64,000 bases of DNA, taken from positions 96,001-160,000 of the forward strand of contig CAWFXA010000002.1 in NCBI GenBank assembly GCA_963819655.1. Direction: 5' to 3'. Origin of the DNA: an uncultured Chloroflexia bacterium. Lineage in GTDB: Bacteria > Chloroflexota > Limnocylindria > Limnocylindrales > CSP1-4. Both the position numbers and the translations under genes were made by a program. The notes under the pieces were generated by a model. It had not been told where the DNA came from. It did not search any database and saw only the letters and a list, made by a program, of their open reading frames with translations. Positions 57,162-64,000 of this stretch are shown piece after piece (the stretch's first letter is position 1; every line of letters begins with the position of its first letter).

Positions 57162-57925
57162 CAGGTCGCTCCGGGGTCGGCGCCGCGGACCGATGTGAAC
57201 TCACCCCACAGCCATCGGAAGGCGTTCCCGTGTGCCGTGCGTCCCCTCGCTGGATCGGCGGCCGGCGGTGGGAGCGGCAGGTCGAGCCGTCGGAACACCG
57301 GGGCCAGGCTGTCGCGCCACGCGCGCTCCGACTCGGCCATCGAGCGGGCGAGGACACCGCTGTCGATGAGCGACGACTCGCCGTCGAGAGGCGTGAACAC
57401 GGTCCCGGCGTCGGGACCCAGCGTCTCGAGCGCAGTCAGGAGTCGATCGCGCGGCGCGCCGCGCGTCCCGGCCAGCCGCTCCAGCCACGTCCCGATATGC
57501 ATCAGGTGATAGCGCTCCTCGCGGCGGACCTTGCCGACGAGATCGGCGAGCGGCGACCAGGATCCGTCCACGAGCGCCTCGAGCCGGGCGGCGTCGGCGG
57601 TCTCATACAGGTAACGGCGGGCGATCGTCATCGCCCAGTCACCCCGCCCATGGTCGAGCAGCCGCGCGTGGCGGTAGTCGGCGGGCTCGCGGTCGTAGGC
57701 GAGGGTATCGGCGTTCGTGCCTCTGATCTCGGCGAGCAGCGCATAGAGGGCAGCGGCGTGACCCAGCTCATCCTGGGACAGCGAGCTCATCGCCACGTCC
57801 TCCTCGAGGAACGGCGCGATGCCCGTCCATTCCGAGTCGGAGAAACCGATGACGAACTCGTCGTCGGCCATCGACAGCAGGAGCTCGTCGAGGCCGACCA
57901 CGGCCGGCGCGGCCGCGTTGCTCAT
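57158..57925 (-). CDS. paaC: Phenylacetyl-CoA epoxidase subunit C
   Basis: DD..G..SEW..APFLEEDVA..DELGHA, EERYH. Confidence 0.92.
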   Translation of the reverse strand: MSNAAAPAVVGLDELLLSMADDEFVIGFSDSEWTGIAPFLEEDVAMSSLSQDELGHAAALYALLAEIRGTNADTLAYDREPADYRHARLLDHGRGDWAMTIARRYLYETADAARLEALVDGSWSPLADLVGKVRREERYHLMHIGTWLERLAGTRGAPRDRLLTALETLGPDAGTVFTPLDGESSLIDSGVLARSMAESERAWRDSLAPVFRRLDLPLPPPAADPARGRTAHGNAFRWLWGEFTSVRGADPGATW

Positions 57926-58257
57926 TTCGCCCGGGCCTTCGGTTTCTCCTGGCCCGCGGCCTGGCGCGCAGCGGCGAGCTTGTCCCGCATCACGTAGCCG
58001 CCCGGCTTCTTGAACGACCGGTCCAGCGGCGGCTGCAACAAGTCGGGGTCCTCGAGGTCGACGATGTCGGCGCGGCGCACGATCCATAGCCGGACACTCT
58101 CCTGACGACGCCCGTACATCTCGCGCGCGTAGTGCGTGGCGAGGTCGGCGTCGGGCGCCATGACGCTGCCGCCATGGCGCATCGGGTCGCCTTCCTTCTC
58201 CTGCCGGAAGACCTCCCAGGCCTCCAGCGCGGGGTCGAGGTCGGCGGGCCCCGTCAT
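57922..58257 (-). CDS. paaB: Phenylacetyl-CoA epoxidase subunit B
   Basis: WEVF..H.GSV.APD..A..ARE.YGRR.E..W. Confidence 0.9.
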   Translation of the reverse strand: MTGPADLDPALEAWEVFRQEKEGDPMRHGGSVMAPDADLATHYAREMYGRRQESVRLWIVRRADIVDLEDPDLLQPPLDRSFKKPGGYVMRDKLAAARQAAGQEKPKARAK

Positions 58258-58267
58258 GTGGCGCCCT

Positions 58268-59263
58268 TCACGCGGCTGCGGGCACGCCCAGGATCGCCTC
58301 GCGCACCCATCTGGTCTCCTCGCGCGCCAGGCGGCGGAACTCCAGGCGAGCCTCCGACATCGGGCCGTGGTTGGTGACGACAGTCCGCAGCTCGTCCCAG
58401 TCGGGTTCGGTGTAGCGCCATTCGGTTGCGGTTTCGTCGTACCGCAACTCGGCGTCGGGGATGACGAGGCCGAGCTCACGGATGCGCGGCACGTAGATCG
58501 TGAGGAACTCCTGGCGCAGCTCTTCCGACGTCTTGGCCTTGATCCGCCAGCGCAGGTCCATGTCCTTCTCGCGCGGCGACCGCGGGCCGTGCATCTGCAT
58601 CAAGGGGCCCCACCATCGATCGAGTGCATCCTGGATGGCGGCCCGTTGCGCCGGCGTGCCGGTGACCATGGTCACGACTACGTCGCGGCCGTGCATGATG
58701 TGGACCGATTCCTCCCAGCAGATCTTGCGCATCGTCCGCGCGTAGGGCGCGTAGCTCGAGTCGCGCAGTGCCTGCTGGGCGACGATCGCGGCCGCGTCGA
58801 CGAGCCAGGCGATCATCCCGACGTCGGCCCAGCCGACGGTCGGGTAGTGGAAGACGTTGTGGAACTTGGTCTTGCCCTCGAGCAGGTCGTCGAACATCGC
58901 CTCGCGCGGCTTGCCGAGATCCTCCGCGATCCGGTAGAGCAGCTGGGCGTGGCCGACTTCGTCTTGGACCTTCGCGGTGAGCGCGAGCTTGCGGCGCAGG
59001 GTCGGAGCACGCATCAGCCACTCGCGCTCGGGCAGCACGCCCATGAGCTCGGAATTGGCGTGCATCTCGACGAAGCGCAGGACGGCCGTCCTGTACTCGT
59101 CGGGCATCGCGTCGACGGCCTCGACCTTCCCGCCGTTCATGACGTGCGCCTCGAACCGTTCGAACCACGCGTCGTACGCCTCGTCGTGTGCGCGGACAGG
59201 GGCGCCGCCGCTCGACCTTTCGGCCGGCGAGAGCACCGGATCGAGCGCACGAGGGTCGGTCAT
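58268..59263 (-). CDS. paaA: Phenylacetyl-CoA epoxidase subunit A
   Basis: HANSE, RAPTLRRK..AKVQDEVGH, WLVD, SYAPYAR..EESVH di-iron motifs. Confidence 0.95.
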   Translation of the reverse strand: MTDPRALDPVLSPAERSSGGAPVRAHDEAYDAWFERFEAHVMNGGKVEAVDAMPDEYRTAVLRFVEMHANSELMGVLPEREWLMRAPTLRRKLALTAKVQDEVGHAQLLYRIAEDLGKPREAMFDDLLEGKTKFHNVFHYPTVGWADVGMIAWLVDAAAIVAQQALRDSSYAPYARTMRKICWEESVHIMHGRDVVVTMVTGTPAQRAAIQDALDRWWGPLMQMHGPRSPREKDMDLRWRIKAKTSEELRQEFLTIYVPRIRELGLVIPDAELRYDETATEWRYTEPDWDELRTVVTNHGPMSEARLEFRRLAREETRWVREAILGVPAAA

Positions 59264-59294
59264 GGCGTCAGCCTACGCTTCTGCCGCGCCATCG

Positions 59295-60074
59295 TCAGGA
59301 GCCCGTGAACCGCGGCGGCCGCTTCTCGCGGAAGGCTGCGAGGCCCTCGGCGTGGTCGGCGGAGGCGCCGGCGATGCCCTGGAGCTTTGCTTCGCCCTCG
59401 AGCGCTTCGTCGAGGTCGATCGTCATCGACCGCTGGAGGGCGCCCTTCGTGAGCGCGAGCGCCAGCGGAGCCCCCTCAGCCAGCCGCGCGGCCAGGGTCC
59501 GCGCCTCCGTCATCAGCTCCGGGCCGGGCACGACCGTCGACACGAGCCCGAGCCGCAGCGCCTCCGCGGCATCGACCGGATCGCCGACCAATGCCAGCTC
59601 CGCGGCCTTCGCAACCCCGACGAGCCGTGGCAGGAACCACGACGACCCGCTGTCGGGCACGAGCCCGATCCTGCCGAACGCGAGCACGAACCGCGCCTCC
59701 GCAGAGGCGATCCGCAGGTCGCACGCGAATGCGAGCGACGCGCCGGCCCCGGCCGCCACCCCGTTGACCGCCGCGATGACCGGTTGGCCCATCGATCGCA
59801 GGGCCCGGATGATCGGGTTGTATCGCTCGCGGACCTCGATCTCGAGCGGCGCAGCATCCGGCTGGTCACGCTCCGCGAGGTCCTGGCCCGCACAGAACGC
59901 CCGGCCGGCCCCGGTCAGGATCACGGCCCGGACAGCGCGATCCGCGGCGATGGACTCCAGCGCCTCGCGCAGCGCGACCTTGACCGGCACCGTCAGCGCA
60001 TTGAGTGCCGCGGGTCGATCGAGGGTGAGGGTCGCGACCGGCCCGTCGACCTCGACTCGCAGGCCGTCGGTCAC
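59295..60074 (-). CDS. paaG: Enoyl-CoA hydratase/isomerase (PaaG-like)
   Basis: FCAGQDL, YNPI, AAGAGA, GLVPDSG. Confidence 0.85.
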   Translation of the reverse strand: MTDGLRVEVDGPVATLTLDRPAALNALTVPVKVALREALESIAADRAVRAVILTGAGRAFCAGQDLAERDQPDAAPLEIEVRERYNPIIRALRSMGQPVIAAVNGVAAGAGASLAFACDLRIASAEARFVLAFGRIGLVPDSGSSWFLPRLVGVAKAAELALVGDPVDAAEALRLGLVSTVVPGPELMTEARTLAARLAEGAPLALALTKGALQRSMTIDLDEALEGEAKLQGIAGASADHAEGLAAFREKRPPRFTGS

Positions 60075-60092
60075 ACGACCGCCCCGGTCACC

Positions 60093-60887
60093 CTAGTTGA
60101 ACTCGACCAGCCGTCCGTCGACGAGCTCGAACAGGCGGCGATCGATCGGCTCGTCCGCGCCGCCCGACTGCTCGATCACGAACTCGCTGAACATCGCGGC
60201 GAAGCCCGAGTCCTCCGGACGCAGCGTGGCGGCGACGAGGAGGTGGCGCTCCGGGATGCCCACCAGGACGCGCCCATCGGTCCCGAGCTGACTCGTCAGG
60301 TACGCCACAGCGTCGGGGAGGAGGATCCGGACGGCGTCCAGGCCATCGCCCGTGTCGGAGCTGATGACGCGCCGGTCGCCTGAGACCTCGTCGGTCCAGG
60401 GAGCGGTCGCCGCCCAGGCCGTCAGGTTGGCGATCGCCGCGTCCTGCAGATCGGACGGGTCGATGCCCCATGACAGCAGGTGGTCGCCGTTGACGACGAT
60501 GTCGAAGCCGCCCGCCGGAAGGGCATACACGACCGGCAGGCCGGCCGGGCCGGTGTCGAGCAGCGGCTGGGCGTGGCTCTGCATGGAATGCTGCGCGAGC
60601 GTGTCGCGATCGACGGTCTCGAGCGGCAGCCCGTGCGTGCCGATCGGCCGAAAGGCCGGCCGCACGATCTCGCGTGCGAGACCCCAATCGTGCTCGGGCG
60701 CATCCACCGGTGAACCCGTCGTCTGCGGCGGCGGCGTGTGACCGCTGACGGGTGAGGAATCGTCGATCGGGGACAGGATGTCCGGGGCAGCGTCGCGGAA
60801 CGCTGGCGGCGGCTCGTCGGAGAGGTCGCGGACGTGGTCTCGTCCGACGTCCGATCCGCCCTCGTTCGGGTCACGCTCCATGGTCAT
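60093..60887 (-). CDS. Hypothetical protein, DUF1444/YtpQ-like
   Basis: L..W..L..A..NL, DG.DA.RIL, P.R..L, PI..LF pattern; GGAGG RBS. Confidence 0.7.
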   Translation of the reverse strand: MTMERDPNEGGSDVGRDHVRDLSDEPPPAFRDAAPDILSPIDDSSPVSGHTPPPQTTGSPVDAPEHDWGLAREIVRPAFRPIGTHGLPLETVDRDTLAQHSMQSHAQPLLDTGPAGLPVVYALPAGGFDIVVNGDHLLSWGIDPSDLQDAAIANLTAWAATAPWTDEVSGDRRVISSDTGDGLDAVRILLPDAVAYLTSQLGTDGRVLVGIPERHLLVAATLRPEDSGFAAMFSEFVIEQSGGADEPIDRRLFELVDGRLVEFN

Positions 60888-60911
60888 CCTCCATCGAGTT
60901 GCTGGTCTGGG

Positions 60912-61715
60912 TCACCGGCCGGTCCAGGCTGGGGGCCGCTTCTCCTGGAACGCGCGCATGCCCTCGCGCTGGTCGGCGGTCGCGAACAGGTCGAAGAACG
61001 CCTCGCGCTCGGCCCGCAGGCCCGCGCTGAGCGGGAGCTCGGCGGCCGCCAGGACCGACCGCTTGGCGGCCCGGACGGCGAGCGGTGGCATGACGGCGAT
61101 CCGATCCGCCAGGTCGAGCGCGGCGGGGAGCACCTGATCGGCCGGGACGACGCTCGTCACGAGACCGGCGGCGTGTGCCTCTGCCGCCGGCATCGTCCGC
61201 CCGGTCAGGACGAGCTCCATCGCCCGGGCGATCCCGATCGCCCTGGTCAGCCGCTGGGTGCCGCCTGCGCCGGGCATCACGCCGATCCGGATCTCGGGCT
61301 GTCCAAACTGGGCGTCATCGCCCGCCACGATCAGGTCACACGTCATCGCGAGCTCGCACCCGCCGCCGAGGGCGAAACCACGCACGGCGGCGATGAGCGG
61401 GATGCCGATCGCACCGAGGCGGTCCCAAGCGTCGAAATGACCCTCGGCGCGCAGGCGTTCCGGGGTCTGGTCGGCAAGCTCGACGATGTCGGCACCCGCC
61501 GCGAAGGCCCGGTCACCCGCACCTGTGATGACCGCCACACGCGTCCGGCCGTCGCGGTCCAGCTCCTCGAGCGCGTCGGCGAGCTCGGCGAGCAGGGCGA
61601 AGCTCAGCGCGTTCCTGGTCTCCGGCCGCTCGATCGTGACGAGCGCGACACCATCGTGCCCGTCGGTCGGGGCATCGACGCGGATGAAGCGGGTCGTCGG
61701 CATCGCGTCGGTCAC
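60912..61715 (-). CDS. paaF: Enoyl-CoA hydratase (PaaF-like)
   Basis: AFAAGADI, ALGGGCE, GQPEI..PGAGGTQRL. Confidence 0.88.
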   Translation of the reverse strand: MTDAMPTTRFIRVDAPTDGHDGVALVTIERPETRNALSFALLAELADALEELDRDGRTRVAVITGAGDRAFAAGADIVELADQTPERLRAEGHFDAWDRLGAIGIPLIAAVRGFALGGGCELAMTCDLIVAGDDAQFGQPEIRIGVMPGAGGTQRLTRAIGIARAMELVLTGRTMPAAEAHAAGLVTSVVPADQVLPAALDLADRIAVMPPLAVRAAKRSVLAAAELPLSAGLRAEREAFFDLFATADQREGMRAFQEKRPPAWTGR

Positions 61716-61776
61716 GCAGGCTCCTCACGGCTCGTTCCGGCAAGTATCCATGACCCGGGAAGGGTCACGACGGCCG

Positions 61777-62109
61777 TCACGGGGCCGGTGCGAGATCGGG
61801 GGCATCCTCGAGGACGAGCAGCGTCGACAGCCCCGGGGCGATCTCGCGCAGGCTGCGCCCCGCTGCCCGCATCGCATCAGAGGCGAGTCCGGCATCGAGC
61901 GACGAGCGGTCGTCGAAATGCATCGCTGTGACCAACACGAGGTCGGTCTCGCCGCCGAGGGCCTGGCTCACACGCCTGACCTCGGTGGACCGCAGCCCTG
62001 GGGTCTGGGCCACGAGCGGCAGGTGTTCGGCCGCATAACGGCGTTCGAATTCGGTCAGGGCGGCATCACCGCCGTCGGGCCGTCGATAGAGCGCGAGCAA
62101 CGTCGTCAT
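61777..62109 (-). CDS. EthD family protein
   Basis: LY..P..F..Y..HLPL..PGL pattern. Confidence 0.85.
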   Translation of the reverse strand: MTTLLALYRRPDGGDAALTEFERRYAAEHLPLVAQTPGLRSTEVRRVSQALGGETDLVLVTAMHFDDRSSLDAGLASDAMRAAGRSLREIAPGLSTLLVLEDAPDLAPAP

Positions 62110-62912
62110 CCGGGGACCTCCGTGGCGCGTGTCTCGCCCGCGCGGTCGCGGGCGATCGACTCGGTCGATCGGTAGAAGTCATCGAGCGCGGCGTGCAGCA
62201 GCGCCGGCCGCTCGACAAGCGAATCATGACCGACGCCCGGCAGCACGAGGAGCCGCCCGTCACGGACCTGCCGCGCGAGCGCATCTGCCTGCGCCACCGG
62301 CACGAAGGGGTCGCGATCGCCAGCCGCGACCAGCGCCGGCGAGTCGATGGCGCGAAGCTCGCGGGCCGTCAGGAGCGGCTGCGCAGCGATGTCGGCGACG
62401 ATCGCGGTCAGCAGCCGCGGCCAGGCGCCGGAGCCCTGGACGGGATCGTGGCGGACAGCCAGCCTGCGCGCCCAGTCCGGGTCGTCGCGCTCGATCCGTG
62501 CGGGGTCCATGAGCACGCGGCCGGCCCTGAGCCGTGGCTCGCGGTCCGCGCCGATGCTGATCGCCACGAGCGTCCGGATGCGCTCCGGGAACCGTGCCGC
62601 GACGTGCAGCGCTGTCATCCCGCCCATCGAGTAGCCGAGCAGATGGAACGTCGGCAGGTCGAGCGCATCGGCGAACCCGACGACATCGTCGACGAGCTCG
62701 GCCGTCGTCCAGCCGTCGGCTGGATCCCAGCGGGTGCCCGCGTGGCCCCGTGCGTCGGGCAGGTAGACGCGGAACCGAGGGGCAACGACCGGCCGGAGCG
62801 TAGCGAAATGGTCGCGGCCGCTGCCGGTCGCACCGTGGAGCATGACGAGCGGCGGTCCGGCCCCGTCGACCTCGTACGCCGTGATGAGCCCGTTCGCCTC
62901 GACCGTCGGCAT
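62106..62912 (-). CDS. Alpha/beta hydrolase
   Basis: LHG, DARGHAG, GYSMGG nucleophile elbow, GDRD, GH. Confidence 0.9.
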   Translation of the reverse strand: MPTVEANGLITAYEVDGAGPPLVMLHGATGSGRDHFATLRPVVAPRFRVYLPDARGHAGTRWDPADGWTTAELVDDVVGFADALDLPTFHLLGYSMGGMTALHVAARFPERIRTLVAISIGADREPRLRAGRVLMDPARIERDDPDWARRLAVRHDPVQGSGAWPRLLTAIVADIAAQPLLTARELRAIDSPALVAAGDRDPFVPVAQADALARQVRDGRLLVLPGVGHDSLVERPALLHAALDDFYRSTESIARDRAGETRATEVPG

Positions 62913-62946
62913 CGGCGCCGATCCTACAGTCTGTATCCTCGGGCCG

Positions 62947-63861
62947 ATGCTGACCCAGCGTCCGGCCGCCGCCATGGACGACCTGCGAACGGCCACGGAC
63001 CTGATGTCGGCGGCCTGGCGGGCCGGTTCCCCGCTCGTGGCCGAGTCCCCGGCGGCGATCGAGTGGTGGTACGCCCTGACGTCCCCAGATCCACTCGGCG
63101 ACCACCTGCGCCTGTGGTTCGATGGGTCGCGGGCCGTCGCCTGGTCATGGCACGAGCCGCCCGAGCTGGAGACGCATGTCTGGTCCGGCGACCCCGATCG
63201 CGATACGGCGATCTACCGGGAGATCATCGGGGCCGTCATCGACGAGGCCGACGGTCGCGAGGTCGGCGCCTTCGCGGCCGAGGACGATCCGGCGTCGATG
63301 GGCGTCCTGACGGAGCTCGGGTTCAGCTCGGGCGGACGACGCCTGTCGCAGTGGCAGCGCCACGCGAGCGATGGCCCGCTCGAGCTGGCGGCCGTGCCGG
63401 ACGGCTACCGGATCCGGAGCGTGGGTGGCGAGGACGAGTTCGCCGCTCGCGTCGACCTCCACCGGGCCGCCTTCCCGACATCGCGGCTGACCGTCGAGAA
63501 GTACGAGCGGCTGCTCAGCGTCCCCCATTACCGCCTCGAGGACGATCTCGTCGTCGAGGCGCCGGATGGCACGCTGGCGGCCTTCGCACTTGGCTGGCTC
63601 GATCCGGTCGGCGGCGTCGCAGAGCTCGAGCCGGTCGGGACCCACCCGGATCATCAGCGCCGCGGCCTGTCGCGCGCCGTGGTCACCGCGGCCAGTACGC
63701 GGTTTTTCAAAGCTGGCGTCCGGGCGGTCCAGGTTTATGCGGATGCCTCCGAGGCGGCAGCCGAGGCCCTCTATGCGTCGGTCGGGTTCCACCGGCGCAC
63801 CTACCACCAGCGCTACGTGCACGGGCCGTCGCGCCCGTCGGAAGGTACGATCGACGCATGA
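62947..63861 (+). CDS. GNAT acetyltransferase (tandem GNAT)
   Basis: [21 protein letters not shown]; ATG 7 nt after TATCCT. Confidence 0.88.
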   Translation: MLTQRPAAAMDDLRTATDLMSAAWRAGSPLVAESPAAIEWWYALTSPDPLGDHLRLWFDGSRAVAWSWHEPPELETHVWSGDPDRDTAIYREIIGAVIDEADGREVGAFAAEDDPASMGVLTELGFSSGGRRLSQWQRHASDGPLELAAVPDGYRIRSVGGEDEFAARVDLHRAAFPTSRLTVEKYERLLSVPHYRLEDDLVVEAPDGTLAAFALGWLDPVGGVAELEPVGTHPDHQRRGLSRAVVTAASTRFFKAGVRAVQVYADASEAAAEALYASVGFHRRTYHQRYVHGPSRPSEGTIDA

Positions 63862-64000
63862 CGGACGAGCGCCCCTCGACGCGCACCGAGCGCGACTCCA
63901 TGGGTGAGATGGCCGTCCCTGCGGATGCGCTCTACGGCGCCTCGACCCAGCGGGCCGTCCTGAACTTCCCGATCTCCGGACAGCCCTTCCCAAGACGCTT
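63858..64000 (+). CDS. fumC: Class II fumarate hydratase (or aspartase), 5' end (partial)
   Basis: [41 protein letters not shown]. Confidence 0.85.
   Translation, partial: MTDERPSTRTERDSMGEMAVPADALYGASTQRAVLNFPISGQPFPRR

Noticed and set aside
1-64000. Numerous long Arg/Pro/Ala-rich overlapping ORFs in the six-frame track
   Set aside because: Expected stop-poor shadow frames in very high-GC DNA; no recognizable motifs

Overview
High-GC bacterial chromosomal segment, densely coding, with no CRISPR array, rRNA, integrase or transposase. A Chloroflexota (Limnocylindria-like) or actinobacterial origin is an inference from GC content, gene content and leaderless starts. Main blocks in order: tryptophan 2,3-dioxygenase; orphan BcsA-like cellulose synthase with PilZ; pntAA-AB-B; RCK ion channel and MgtC; TetR/DUF4188 pair; YbaK, MFS, SDR, AlaX and cupredoxin; a large STAND-LuxR regulator; a solitary permuted DNA methyltransferase; one tRNA; a PLP lyase/rhodanese pair; ATP-dependent DNA ligase; a 12 kb quaternary-amine catabolic operon with divergent IclR (enolase-superfamily enzyme, ALDH, non-pyrrolysine MttB, dimethylglycine dehydrogenase, four sarcosine-oxidase-type subunits, Fe-ADH); glycosyltransferases; MarR-ABC exporter; iscA; a phenylacetate (paa) cluster; start of fumC. 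Most notable: (1) the tRNA has anticodon UAU (tRNA-Ile UAU, rare in bacteria) and appears leaderless; (2) a two-domain rhodanese with no cysteine shares a symmetric bidirectional promoter with a Cys-less PLP C-S lyase; (3) two related ~190-bp intergenic elements with imperfect, dif-like terminal inverted repeats; (4) the betaine operon architecture; (5) a small membrane-peptide unit with three direct repeats beside the LuxR gene. All family assignments come from motif recognition by eye, not database searches.
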